IMG/VR virus record: IMGVR_UViG_3300030099_005838
Strand: one strand, 5' to 3'
Source of the DNA: a virus
DNA: 64,000 nt
The notes beneath the pieces were generated by a model. The model made no database searches. It saw nothing but the letters and a program-made list of their open reading frames with translations, and was not told where the DNA came from. Positions 1 to 10,095 of this stretch are shown here, piece by piece. The position numbers and the translations under genes were made by a program. Position 1 is the first letter of the stretch, and each line of letters begins with the position of its first letter.

Positions 1-4
1 TCAA

Positions 5-2485
5 TTGATGAAGTTGTACAATAAAGCTTTTAAGATGATGCCTAATAGTCCTGCACAAAAAAAAGTTAGAAAACAAATTGATGCTTTACGAAAAAAATTA
101 AAAATGAATGAGGAAACTTCAAAGATAAAAAAAGTAATTGGAGTATTTGGTGGTAGATTTCAGCCTTTTCATCCTGGTCATTTAGCAACATATAAATGGT
201 TAGCATCAAAGGTTGACGAAGCATATATAACAACATCCAACATCAAACAACCACCAAGACATCCAATGGATTTCAAAGAGAAAGTAAGACATATGGTAAA
301 GATGGGTATTCCAAAGAATAGAATAATACAAGAAAAAACACCTTATGTTGCTGTAAATCTTTTGAAAAAATTTAATGCTGATACAACAGCTGTGGTGTAT
401 GCATTTGGACAGAAGGATGCTGGTAGATTAAAAGGTGGTACTAAAAAAGATGGTAGTAAAACATACTATCAAGACTTTAATCAGAACAAAAATAATTTAC
501 AGGGATATGAAACTCATGGTTACATATTGACTGCACCACAGCAAGGTAATCTTAGTGGGACAAAGATGAGAGATTTATTAGGAAACCCAAAGTATAGTGA
601 TGATGAAAGACAGAAGACATTTAAGAAGACATTCAAATATTTCGATAAGGGTATATACAATATGATGACAAATAAATTTAAAAAATTATTTGAAACAATT
701 GATATATCCGAAGATTTGATAAAAGAATTTTTATTAGAATATAGTGATAGTTTAAAAGGAAATTTAGATGATGGCCCTTCAACCTATTATCAAACTTTAA
801 ATGCGTATGAAAAAACATCTAAGGAATGGTTAGATAGTATTTACAAAAAAGAGGGATGGAAGGTTGTTGATTACGCTGTCAGAAATAATATTATAAAACC
901 AGAAGAAAATGTTGCAAAAGCTGTAGAAGACCATACTAGAAGAAAACCAGGACAAAAACATTACAATTCTGTACCACTAACTTATATGGATCATGGAACA
1001 CAAGGTGGTTCTAATACGGCTGTTAATAAATATAAAAAACATTTGGATGACGTTGTAGGCCCAATTGGTTGGCAGGTGATTGATTGGATGGGAACATCTG
1101 CGGCAATTGATAATATAATAGGAAGTGTATTTGCGGCTGGTGCAAGTGCGGAAATAGATAAAAGTTTCTTAGATACTATAGATTTAGACAACATCGAATT
1201 TTTAGAAGAAAAAACATTCTCTAAAGAATGGTGGAAAAAAGAATTGATGTTAGAGGGTGGAGCATATGGACATTTAAATCATCCATTTGATGATAAAAAA
1301 TTGACATTTTCAGATTTTAAGAAACTAATTATTAATACACTACAAGGTAAACTTGATAAAGAAGGACCGGTTACAGAAAAAACTGATGGACAGAATATAA
1401 TGATAAGTTGGAAAAACGACAAACTTATCGCAGCAAGAAACAAAGGACACATCAAAAACTTTGGTGCTAATGCTTTAGATGCCAATGGTATTAAGAATAT
1501 GTTTTCTGGTAGAGGTGACATAGAGAAAGCCTTTGTCACCGCAATGAATGATTTAACTAAAGCTTTAAAGGGTTTAAGTAAGAAACAAAAAGACAAAATA
1601 TTTGGTGAAGGTAAAAGATTTATGTCTTTAGAGGTTATGTATCCTGCTACATCAAATGTAATACCTTATGATAAATCTCTACTGCAATTTCATGGAACTA
1701 TAGAGTATGATGAATTTGGCTCTCCTATTGGAGAAAATAGAGAAAGTGCTAGGGTGTTGGCTGGTATGATAAAACAAATAAATCAAGACATACAAAAAAC
1801 TTATACAATAACGAAACCATTTGTTGCTAATCTACCACAGGTTAAAGATTTCAGTAAGAGACAGAGTTACTTTTTAGGTAAATTGAAAAAATTACAAAGT
1901 GAATATAAGTTAAAAGATACCGACACTTTGGCTGATTACCATCAAGCATATTGGATGGAGTATATTTATAATGGTGGAAAACAAACAGATTACAAACATC
2001 CTGATAATAGAATTTTGATGAAATTAACAAAGAGATGGGCGTTCTTTGATAAGTCATATAAGATACCACAAATTAGAAAAGATTTAGAAAAGTATCCGAA
2101 GTTTTTAGATTGGGTTTTGAGCACTGATAAGATGAATCATGCTAAACTACAAAAAGAACATATTAGGGATTGGGAAGTTCTCTTCTTTGAGTTGGGTGCA
2201 GAGATATTAAAAAATATGAGTGACTTTATTGCAGCAAATCCATCTGAGGCAGCTCAAAAAATTAGGAAGGATTTGGTGGGTACAATCAACAAAGTTAAAA
2301 AGTCTAAAGACCCAAAAGTATTGAACACATTAAAAGTTCAGTTAGATAGACTAAAAGCCTTAGGTGGATTAGATGCGGTTGTTCCATCGGAAGGGGTTAC
2401 ATTTGTTTATAAAGGTAAACTCTACAAATACACAGGAGCATTCGCACCAGCAAATCAAATTTTGGGTATGTTAAAATTCGTATAG
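5..2485 (+). CDS. Multidomain protein: N-terminal HIGH-motif nucleotidyltransferase (cytidylyltransferase-like) domain, unknown middle domain, C-terminal DUF6267-like domain with a KxDG ligase-type motif; possibly 5'-truncated by the window edge
   Basis: GVFGGRFQPFHPGH (HxGH motif) and late 'SGTKMR' (KMSKS-like S-T-x-x-R). C-terminal part starts EGGAYGHLNHPFDD and contains VTEKTDGQN. The frame is open back to the window start. Confidence 0.65.
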   Translation: MMKLYNKAFKMMPNSPAQKKVRKQIDALRKKLKMNEETSKIKKVIGVFGGRFQPFHPGHLATYKWLASKVDEAYITTSNIKQPPRHPMDFKEKVRHMVKMGIPKNRIIQEKTPYVAVNLLKKFNADTTAVVYAFGQKDAGRLKGGTKKDGSKTYYQDFNQNKNNLQGYETHGYILTAPQQGNLSGTKMRDLLGNPKYSDDERQKTFKKTFKYFDKGIYNMMTNKFKKLFETIDISEDLIKEFLLEYSDSLKGNLDDGPSTYYQTLNAYEKTSKEWLDSIYKKEGWKVVDYAVRNNIIKPEENVAKAVEDHTRRKPGQKHYNSVPLTYMDHGTQGGSNTAVNKYKKHLDDVVGPIGWQVIDWMGTSAAIDNIIGSVFAAGASAEIDKSFLDTIDLDNIEFLEEKTFSKEWWKKELMLEGGAYGHLNHPFDDKKLTFSDFKKLIINTLQGKLDKEGPVTEKTDGQNIMISWKNDKLIAARNKGHIKNFGANALDANGIKNMFSGRGDIEKAFVTAMNDLTKALKGLSKKQKDKIFGEGKRFMSLEVMYPATSNVIPYDKSLLQFHGTIEYDEFGSPIGENRESARVLAGMIKQINQDIQKTYTITKPFVANLPQVKDFSKRQSYFLGKLKKLQSEYKLKDTDTLADYHQAYWMEYIYNGGKQTDYKHPDNRILMKLTKRWAFFDKSYKIPQIRKDLEKYPKFLDWVLSTDKMNHAKLQKEHIRDWEVLFFELGAEILKNMSDFIAANPSEAAQKIRKDLVGTINKVKKSKDPKVLNTLKVQLDRLKALGGLDAVVPSEGVTFVYKGKLYKYTGAFAPANQILGMLKFV

Positions 2486-2494
2486 GAGTAGGTT

Positions 2495-3019
2495 ATGGGA
2501 TATAGTAAAGAATCAGAAAGACAAAACAAAGTTTTAGGTGATTTATTATCTGGTAGAGAACCAGACAAAAGAGTTATGATTGGTTACGAGGGTAAAGGAA
2601 AAGAAAAGGGTGATGTAATACCAAAGATGACTGAATTAATGCAAGATGTTAGGATGCCTTTATTTTGTCCTTCTTGTAAGAAAGTAATGAAAAAAAGATT
2701 AGACGATAAAATGTGGAGACTCTACGAACATTGCTTTGATTGTCAATTAGATTTTGAACACAAACTTAGACTTGAAGGAAAGTATGATGAGTGGGAAAAA
2801 CAAAAAGTTAAAGAAAATAAAATATCTTTTTTAAAAGAGCAGATACAGGCAATAAAAGAATGGAAAGATATGAAAGCACCCGAATGGTATAACAATATCG
2901 GTGTCAATTATCCCGAATTGGAAAAAGAAACTTGGAATGTAGATACAGAAAAGATAAAGTCTATGGCTGATGAAGCATTAGAGAAATTTGAAGAAACCCT
3001 TAACGAATTGGAGAATTAG
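2495..3019 (+). CDS. Hypothetical protein with a CxxC...CxxC zinc-finger-like motif
   Basis: FCPSCKK...HCFDC; AGGAG upstream of the ATG. Confidence 0.6.
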   Translation: MGYSKESERQNKVLGDLLSGREPDKRVMIGYEGKGKEKGDVIPKMTELMQDVRMPLFCPSCKKVMKKRLDDKMWRLYEHCFDCQLDFEHKLRLEGKYDEWEKQKVKENKISFLKEQIQAIKEWKDMKAPEWYNNIGVNYPELEKETWNVDTEKIKSMADEALEKFEETLNELEN

Positions 3020-3021
3020 TT

Positions 3022-3333
3022 ATGAAACTTTGGAAAGTAATATTAGGAATCTTTGGACTAGTTGGTGGCTTATTTGCCGCTAAGCAGGTAAAAAGTAAAG
3101 AAGTTCAGAAACTTAAAAAAGTTATTGAGGAAAACAAAAAAGAAGAGAAGAAAGTAGAAAAGCAAATCAAAGAATTAGAGGAAGCTAAGACTGCATCCAG
3201 AAGAGAAATAGGTAATATGAAAAGAAAACTAACTATCTCTAAAAAGAAAACTAAAAAGATGGAAGAAGTTTATGAAAATGATGAAGTCGAATCTGCTGAA
3301 GATTTTTTAAGAAAGTTTGCAAAGAGTAAATAA
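3022..3333 (+). CDS. N-terminally membrane-anchored coiled-coil protein (i-spanin-like topology)
   Basis: Hydrophobic VILGIFGLVGGLFAA followed by K/E-rich coiled coil; GGAG upstream. Confidence 0.5.
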   Translation: MKLWKVILGIFGLVGGLFAAKQVKSKEVQKLKKVIEENKKEEKKVEKQIKELEEAKTASRREIGNMKRKLTISKKKTKKMEEVYENDEVESAEDFLRKFAKSK

Positions 3334-3334
3334 T

Positions 3335-3691
3335 ATGAAGTATATCTGGATATTACTTCTAACACCTCTTTTAGCACAAACAACTTTTACAGAGGCAGAA
3401 GCTTTAGAAATGATTAAAGCACGTGATGCTCAATGGGAAGGTAAGATTGAAAAAGCTGATTCTTTAATTTCATCACAAAAAGTATTAATTAGTGATTATG
3501 AATCTTTAATAGAAAAATTTGAAGAATCTTCTAATGTCGATTCATTACTGATAGAAGCTAAAGATTCTCAGATCAAATTACTGAAAGCACGTGACGAAAT
3601 GAATGAAAAGTTGGTAGAGTTAGTTGAACCAAAGTGGTATGAGAATCAATATCTTTGGTTATTTATTGGATTTATTTTAGGGAAGATATAA
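3335..3691 (+). CDS. Exported/membrane coiled-coil protein (signal peptide plus C-terminal TM segment)
   Basis: Likely ATG at 3335 (MKYIWILLLTPLLAQ); C-terminus YLWLFIGFILGKI; stop overlaps the terminase ATG. Confidence 0.5.
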   Translation: MKYIWILLLTPLLAQTTFTEAEALEMIKARDAQWEGKIEKADSLISSQKVLISDYESLIEKFEESSNVDSLLIEAKDSQIKLLKARDEMNEKLVELVEPKWYENQYLWLFIGFILGKI

Positions 3692-5268
3692 TGAAACCTG
3701 CACCATTAAAAGAAGTAATCAAAAAAGAATATGTGAAATGTGCAAAAGATCCAGCATATTTTCTTAAAAAGTATTGTGTGGTTCAACATCCAATGAAGGG
3801 TAAAGTCCCTTTTCATCTTTGGGATTTTCAAGAAAAATCACTGCAGACTTTTGAAGACCACAGGTTTAATATCATACTAAAGGCTCGTCAGTTAGGATTA
3901 TCAACACTAACTGCCGGATATTCTTTGTGGATGATGACGTTTGGACAGGACAAAAATATACTAGTAATCGCTACTAAACAAGATACTGCAAAAAATTTAG
4001 TCACTAAAGTAAGAGTAATGCACGCCAATTTACCCTCTTGGTTGAAACAGAATTGTGTTGAGGATAACAAACTATCTCTAAGATACAAAAATGGTTCACA
4101 GATTAAAGCGGTCTCAAGCGGAGAAGATTCTGGTCGTTCTGAGGCTCTTTCATTATTAATATTGGATGAGGCCGCTTTCATTGATAAGATTGAACCAATA
4201 TGGGCAGCCGCTTCACAGACATTATCTACTGGTGGGCAATGTATTGCACTATCTACTCCAAATGGTGTGGGTAATTGGTTTCACAAAACTTGGGTAGGTG
4301 CAGAAGATGGAACAAATGATTGGAACTTTATTAGATTACATTGGAATCTACATCCTGAAAGAAATGATGAGTGGAGGGGTGAGCAAGATAAACTATTAGG
4401 TCCTTCATTAGCAGCACAAGAGTGTGATTGTGATTTCATCACTTCTGGTCAAACAGTAGTCGATGGTGTAATACTAGAGGAGTATAAACAAACACATACT
4501 AATAATCCTTTAGAAAAAAGAGGAATCGATAGTAACTTTTGGGTATGGCAACCTGCTAACTATACAAAAGATTACATTGTATCTGCTGATGTAAGTAGGG
4601 GTGATGGAACAGATTATTCCGCTTTTCATGTTATGGATGTAGAAACTATGGAGCAGGTAGCAGAATATAAAGGTAAGTTATCAACAAAAGATTTTGGTAA
4701 TATGTTAGTCAACACCGCTACAGAATATAACAATGCATTATTAGTTATTGAGAATAACAATATTGGGTGGGCGGCAATACAACAGGTAATCGATAGAGGA
4801 TATGAGAACCTATTTTATACAAGTAAAGATTTACAATACGTGGATACAGAAAAACAAATAAATAATAGATATAGAACACAAGACCGAAATATGGTACCTG
4901 GTTTTTCTATGACAATGAAAACCAGACCTTTGGTAATCGCTAAATTAGAAGAATATTTTAGAGAAAAGTCAGTAATTGTTCGTTCAAATCGATTAATTGA
5001 TGAACTTTTTGTATTTATATATAATAACAATAAAGCCGAAGCTATGCAGGGGTATAATGACGATTTAGTTATGAGTTTTGCTATCTGTCTTTGGGTGAGG
5101 GATACTGCATTAAGATTGAAACAAGAAGGTATCGACTTACAGAAAAAAGCACTAAGTGGTGTAGCAACACAAATGTTACCTCAGACACCAACGGAAAAGA
5201 AAGACACTTGGGAAATGGAAGTGGGTCCGAATGGTGAAAAAGAAAGAATAGACTGGCTATTAGGATAA
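3691..5268 (+). CDS. Terminase large subunit (T4 gp17-like)
   Basis: Walker A ILKARQLGLST, Walker B LLILDEAAFI, coupling motif STPNG, RNase H-like nuclease SADVSRGDG and late DDLVMS; likely start is the ATG at 3691. Confidence 0.95.
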   Translation: MKPAPLKEVIKKEYVKCAKDPAYFLKKYCVVQHPMKGKVPFHLWDFQEKSLQTFEDHRFNIILKARQLGLSTLTAGYSLWMMTFGQDKNILVIATKQDTAKNLVTKVRVMHANLPSWLKQNCVEDNKLSLRYKNGSQIKAVSSGEDSGRSEALSLLILDEAAFIDKIEPIWAAASQTLSTGGQCIALSTPNGVGNWFHKTWVGAEDGTNDWNFIRLHWNLHPERNDEWRGEQDKLLGPSLAAQECDCDFITSGQTVVDGVILEEYKQTHTNNPLEKRGIDSNFWVWQPANYTKDYIVSADVSRGDGTDYSAFHVMDVETMEQVAEYKGKLSTKDFGNMLVNTATEYNNALLVIENNNIGWAAIQQVIDRGYENLFYTSKDLQYVDTEKQINNRYRTQDRNMVPGFSMTMKTRPLVIAKLEEYFREKSVIVRSNRLIDELFVFIYNNNKAEAMQGYNDDLVMSFAICLWVRDTALRLKQEGIDLQKKALSGVATQMLPQTPTEKKDTWEMEVGPNGEKERIDWLLG

Positions 5269-5278
5269 GGAATAAATT

Positions 5279-7096
5279 ATGGCTGATACAACATTTTTAG
5301 GAAGATTAAAAAGATTATTTTCTACTAACGCTATAGTTAGAAACGTTGGTGGAAGAAAATTGAAAGTTGTAGACACAGGAAAGCTTCAATCAGTAGCTAA
5401 AAACAGTTTGGTGGATAGATACCAAAAATTGTACTCGAACATGCAAAGTTATGGATATAACGAGCTGTTACAAGTTCAACAACTAAGATTAGGTTTGTTT
5501 AGAGATTATGAGTCTATGGATTCTGATGCGATTATTGCATCTGCACTAGATATTTATTCTGACGAGTCTACTATGAAGAACGAGTATGGTAAAGTTCTTT
5601 CCATCAATACGACAAATGATAATATACATGATATATTACATAACCTTTTTTATGATATCATTAACATAGAGTTTAATCTTTGGCCATGGATTCGTAATAT
5701 GAACAAGTATGGTGACTTCTTTCTCAAATTAGAAGTCAATGAAAAATATGGTGTAACAAATGTTATGCCTTTATCACCATATGATACCGCTAGATATGAA
5801 GGACATGATCCTGAAAATCCTAATTTGGTTCAGTTTGAATACATCCCCCAATCAGCCGGTGGAAGTCACGGTGCAAGACATACCAAAAGGGATAGAGAAA
5901 TCACTATGTTCGAAAATTATGAGGTAGCACACTTTAGATTACTATCTGATTCCAACTATGTTCCTTATGGTCGTTCTATTTTAGAGGGCGGTAGAAAGGT
6001 ATGGAAACAAATGAGTCTAATGGAAGATGCTATGTTGATACATAGGATAATGAGAGCACCTGAGAAAAGAGTATTCAAATTAGATATTGGTAACATACCA
6101 CCAGCAGAGGTTGACAACTTTATGCAACAGGCTATGACCAAAATGAAGAAAGCACCTGTGATGGATGAGAAGACTGGTGAGTACAATCTTAGATATAACA
6201 TACAGAATCTTACAGAGGATTTCTTCCTACCTGTTCGTGGTGGAGATAGTGGAACAAATATAGATACCTTACAAGGACTTACTTACGAAGCGGTTGATGA
6301 CATTGAATATTTGAAAAATAAGTTGTTGGCCTCATTACATGTACCTAAAGCATTTTTAGGATATGAAGAGGGTTTGGGTTCGAAAGCTACATTAGCCGCA
6401 GAGGATGTAAGATTTGCTAGAACAATTGAAAGAATACAAAGAATTGTAACGAGTGAGTTATCAAAAATAGCGGTAGTTCATTTGTATGCACAAGGATTTA
6501 GAGACCAGGATTTAGTTAACTTTGAATTAAACCTAACCAATCCATCAACAATATATGAGCAGGAAAAGATAGAATTGTGGAACAATAAAACATCTCTTGC
6601 AGATTCTATGTTAAGAGATGGATTAGTATCATCCGAATGGGTTTATAAGAATGTATTTAAATTCTCAGATGAAGACATAAAACAAATGGATGAACAAATA
6701 GTATTTGACTATAAGACTAAATTCAGAAGACAACAGATTGAGGCTGAAGGTAATGACCCTGCAAAAAGTGGACAATCACAAGGTACACCATCTGATTTGG
6801 CTATGGGTAGAAGTGGACATGAGTTAGATGATGAAGGTGGTTCACCTGAAGGTGGTTTTGAAGGTGCCGGAAGACCAAAGGAAGCAAATAAGTATAGTAA
6901 AGATAGTGGTGCAAGGGGTAGAGATCCATTGGGAGCACATGATATGAAGAAAGCCTACAGCACACAATCATTATCAAAGTACGAAAATGTTTTAAAACAT
7001 TTAGGGAGTACAGGAAAATCATTATTAAGTGAGAGTAGTGAGGTTGAAGAGGAGTATAAATCCGAAGTAAACTCTCTTATTACTAATAAAAATTGA
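5279..7096 (+). CDS. Portal protein (T4 gp20-like)
   Basis: DYESMDSD..IASALDIYSDE, MEDAMLIHRIMRAPEKRVF..DIGN, EDFFLPVRGG, DDIEYLKNKL..SLHVP; directly follows the terminase. Confidence 0.95.
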   Translation: MADTTFLGRLKRLFSTNAIVRNVGGRKLKVVDTGKLQSVAKNSLVDRYQKLYSNMQSYGYNELLQVQQLRLGLFRDYESMDSDAIIASALDIYSDESTMKNEYGKVLSINTTNDNIHDILHNLFYDIINIEFNLWPWIRNMNKYGDFFLKLEVNEKYGVTNVMPLSPYDTARYEGHDPENPNLVQFEYIPQSAGGSHGARHTKRDREITMFENYEVAHFRLLSDSNYVPYGRSILEGGRKVWKQMSLMEDAMLIHRIMRAPEKRVFKLDIGNIPPAEVDNFMQQAMTKMKKAPVMDEKTGEYNLRYNIQNLTEDFFLPVRGGDSGTNIDTLQGLTYEAVDDIEYLKNKLLASLHVPKAFLGYEEGLGSKATLAAEDVRFARTIERIQRIVTSELSKIAVVHLYAQGFRDQDLVNFELNLTNPSTIYEQEKIELWNNKTSLADSMLRDGLVSSEWVYKNVFKFSDEDIKQMDEQIVFDYKTKFRRQQIEAEGNDPAKSGQSQGTPSDLAMGRSGHELDDEGGSPEGGFEGAGRPKEANKYSKDSGARGRDPLGAHDMKKAYSTQSLSKYENVLKHLGSTGKSLLSESSEVEEEYKSEVNSLITNKN

Positions 7097-7105
7097 TGAC
7101 ACTTA

Positions 7106-7113
7106 TATTTATA
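7106..7113 (+). promoter_or_regulatory. TATTTATA intergenic motif (candidate late-promoter -10 element)
   Basis: The same octamer (TATTTAT[A/T]) lies in intergenic gaps at 7106, 10798, 11686, 14659, 17921, 19852, 43045, 43447, 46111, 47838 and 57448. Confidence 0.55.
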
Positions 7114-7149
7114 TATGAAGTACTATACAAAAACGATTGGAGTTCGTAA

Positions 7150-8007
7150 ATGAGTAATAAAATAAAGCACTCAAAAATAAAGAATACTGCTATTCTTTTT
7201 GAGCTATTAACAAGACAGATCACAGTTGATGTACTCAATGATAAAGAGGGAGAAGCTGTAGGTATGTTGAAAAAATATTTTTCACCAAAATCGCAACTTG
7301 GTAAAGAATATGAATTATATAAAATTTTAAATACTGAAAAGTACAGTAATGATAGTAAGGCTAATCACCTTATAGAAGCCGTTGTAAAGGCATACAAAGG
7401 CATCAATAAAAAACAATTAAAAAACGAAAAGTATAATCTTGTCAAAGAAATCAAAAATAATTACGATGTAAATGACTTTTTTAATGCAAGAATTCCAAAT
7501 TATAAAGTACATGCTTCAATATACAAATTATTTGAGTCAGTTTACACACAAGATCCTAAAGAAGAAACCGAAAGTAGGTTTACTATTATAGAAAATATCA
7601 CTAAAAAGTCAATTTCCGTAAAGAGAAAAGACAAAAAAGTCTTAGAAAACTACAAAAAGCAAGAAAAAGACTTGAGATTACTTACTTACACAGTATTGGT
7701 TGAAAAATTCAACAAGAAGTATAAGAAACTTACTGAAAGTCAAAGAGACTTACTAAGAAAGTATATCTACAACATATCTAACACCAACTCTTTAAAAGAG
7801 TTTATTGAAAAAGAATCTATTCAAATCAAAAAACAACTCCAATCGTTTTTGCCCAAGATAGATGATAAGGTTACTAAGATAAAATTAACAGAGGCTATCA
7901 ATCAAATAGGTAATCTTTTGAAAGGTAGAATAGTTGAGGATAATCAAGTGGTAGCTTTAATGAGATATTATCAATTAGTTAGGGAGCTCAAGGATGTCTC
8001 TAAGTAA
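7150..8007 (+). CDS. Hypothetical protein (head-gene region)
   Basis: 285-aa ORF with GGAG and TATTTATA upstream; no catalytic motif recognised. Confidence 0.6.
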   Translation: MSNKIKHSKIKNTAILFELLTRQITVDVLNDKEGEAVGMLKKYFSPKSQLGKEYELYKILNTEKYSNDSKANHLIEAVVKAYKGINKKQLKNEKYNLVKEIKNNYDVNDFFNARIPNYKVHASIYKLFESVYTQDPKEETESRFTIIENITKKSISVKRKDKKVLENYKKQEKDLRLLTYTVLVEKFNKKYKKLTESQRDLLRKYIYNISNTNSLKEFIEKESIQIKKQLQSFLPKIDDKVTKIKLTEAINQIGNLLKGRIVEDNQVVALMRYYQLVRELKDVSK

Positions 8008-8416
8008 ACTCAAAGAATACATAAGAGAAATTATTAAAGACGAACTAGAAGAAGCGTCTACATCGGCCAATGTTCCTGGTTATCAGACACCCTTTGCATT
8101 TTCTGACCCAAAGAAAGATAAGAAGAAGAAAAAGAAAAGGGATTTAGGTTCAACTGGCTATAATTATGTTAGTGAGGGTAAGTATCACGATTATAGAAAC
8201 GATGAAACTTTAACACCAAAACAAAAGATTGGTAAGTCTATGAGAGAGATTAGAGATAGTCTCAACAATTTAGATAAAGTAGTAAAAATGAATGTACGTT
8301 TGAAGAATGAACTAAATGTAGATTCTAGGTCATATTGGAAAAATACACATAAGGCTTTGAATAAAATTAGTGAGAGGTTAGTAAAACTAGCGAACAAAGT
8401 AGGACAGTTAAAGTAA
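7994..8416 (+). CDS. Hypothetical protein (head-gene region)
   Basis: 140-aa ORF overlapping the upstream gene; EEASTSANVPGYQTPFAF motif. Confidence 0.55.
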   Translation: MSLSKLKEYIREIIKDELEEASTSANVPGYQTPFAFSDPKKDKKKKKKRDLGSTGYNYVSEGKYHDYRNDETLTPKQKIGKSMREIRDSLNNLDKVVKMNVRLKNELNVDSRSYWKNTHKALNKISERLVKLANKVGQLK

Positions 8417-8427
8417 CTGAGGTCACT

Positions 8428-8613
8428 ATGCCATTCGAAGATAAAAAGAAGTCCTATATGGACACGCTTTTTAGTATCTCAACTTTGTTGAAAAGATGGC
8501 AGGTTGAAATATCTAAAAAGGACATAGATAAGAATTACATGATTAGAAGACTTAACCAATGGATAGAACAATTGGAAAGTCTGAAAACAGAAATAATGAT
8601 GGAGAAAGACTAA
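8428..8613 (+). CDS. Hypothetical protein
   Basis: 61-aa ORF with GAGG upstream; stop overlaps the next ATG. Confidence 0.5.
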   Translation: MPFEDKKKSYMDTLFSISTLLKRWQVEISKKDIDKNYMIRRLNQWIEQLESLKTEIMMEKD

Positions 8614-9257
8614 TGATTTCCCTACTAGAAATTGCAAAAAGCATCAATGAAGTTGATGACGACAAAATCATCAAGTATAGGGATGAGGAAGGTGAATCTC
8701 AAGAAATGCCAGCCAGTTCTGCAAAAAAACTCCCTAAAGATCATCCGGCAAAGATAGCTTATGATACGATGGGTAAATATGATGATTATCAGGACAAAAA
8801 AGATGATAGTGAAAAGGATGCCGGTGGTAAGTTAGGTGGTGGCGATTTCGATAGAGATATGGGTGATGATACAAAAGATGACAACGCAGAAAGTGATGAT
8901 GTGGAAATATCAGATGCTAACTCTGGTCCTATTGATAGAGATGATATTATGGATATGTTGAAGAACGATTCTGAGATAATGGATAAGATAGGCACAGGGG
9001 ATGATGAGGATTTATATTGGGATGGCATGGATTTAGTAAGTTCAAAGTTTGATGATGCTACAGTAGCATCCATACCCGATGATGCTAATATGACTTTAGG
9101 AGATTTGAAAAAACAGATAATGGATTATGAAGAAGATATGGATGAGACTAAAACAATAAACGGAGTTAAGTATAAACCAATCAAAGAAGAAAAGAAAAAA
9201 TCTAATCCTCGTGTATTAAAAGAGATTTATGATAGAACATTTAGGAGTCTAAAATGA
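8613..9257 (+). CDS. Acidic hypothetical protein, possible internal head protein
   Basis: Likely ATG at 8613 (TAATG overlap); very D/E-rich; immediately before the prohead protease. Confidence 0.5.
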   Translation: MISLLEIAKSINEVDDDKIIKYRDEEGESQEMPASSAKKLPKDHPAKIAYDTMGKYDDYQDKKDDSEKDAGGKLGGGDFDRDMGDDTKDDNAESDDVEISDANSGPIDRDDIMDMLKNDSEIMDKIGTGDDEDLYWDGMDLVSSKFDDATVASIPDDANMTLGDLKKQIMDYEEDMDETKTINGVKYKPIKEEKKKSNPRVLKEIYDRTFRSLK

Positions 9258-9856
9258 AACAATTAATAGTAGATTACCTACCATTTGAAGTAGGGCCCGA
9301 CCAAATAAATGAGGCCATGAAAGAAAACAACGGAAAGTTAGTTGTTCGTGGTGTGTTACAAAGAGCTGACACTAAGAATCAGAATGGTAGAGTGTATCCT
9401 AAAGATATTCTAATGAGAGAGGCTAAAAAGTATTCCGAAGGTTTCGTAAAACAAAAAAGAGCTATGGGTGAATTAGACCATCCTGAATCATCTGTTGTTA
9501 ATCTACAGAATGTATCTCATAATATTACAGAGATGGCATTTAATGGAGATGATTTAGTTGGAACTGTTGAGATACTTACCACACCAAGTGGTAATATTTT
9601 AAGAGAGTTATTTAAGAATGGAATTAAACTTGGTATTTCTTCTCGTGGTATGGGTTCTGTTTCTCCGATGAATGAGAATGGTGCTCAGGAGGTGGGTGAT
9701 GATTTTGAACTGATTGCTTTTGATTTCGTAAGTAATCCATCTACACATGGGGCTTTCTTATATCCAATGAATGAAAGTGTTGATAAGAGTACACCTATTC
9801 GTGATAGTAAGTATGGAAAGGTTGAAGCAGTTATCAATGATATATTAAGGGGATAA
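9254..9856 (+). CDS. Prohead core protease (T4 gp21-like)
   Basis: GVLQRADTKNQNGRVYP, GELDHP, LGISSRGMGS, DFVSNPSTHGA motifs. Confidence 0.93.
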   Translation: MKQLIVDYLPFEVGPDQINEAMKENNGKLVVRGVLQRADTKNQNGRVYPKDILMREAKKYSEGFVKQKRAMGELDHPESSVVNLQNVSHNITEMAFNGDDLVGTVEILTTPSGNILRELFKNGIKLGISSRGMGSVSPMNENGAQEVGDDFELIAFDFVSNPSTHGAFLYPMNESVDKSTPIRDSKYGKVEAVINDILRG

Positions 9857-9858
9857 TA

Positions 9859-10095
9859 ATGAAAGAAATTATTGAAATTAATGGTAAGAAGTACAGAAGA
9901 GTCGAACAAGCTAAAAATAAATATGGCTCTTATGGAAAAAACAGATATGTAATAACCATGAAGTTCGGAGACAAAATGCAATATCAAGGCGAAATGGCCT
10001 TAAATGCAGATAGTGAAGCGGAAGCAAGGAAAATTTATTCAAAACAATCAAAGTCTGGTGGTAAAGGAATTGTCAGTATTAAAAGGGTTGGTTAA
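9859..10095 (+). CDS. Hypothetical protein
   Basis: 78-aa ORF tightly packed between neighbours. Confidence 0.5.
   Translation: MKEIIEINGKKYRRVEQAKNKYGSYGKNRYVITMKFGDKMQYQGEMALNADSEAEARKIYSKQSKSGGKGIVSIKRVG

Noticed and set aside
5012-5019. Intragenic TATTTATA copies (5012, 59137) as promoters
   Set aside because: Expected by chance in AT-rich coding sequence; no supporting upstream element
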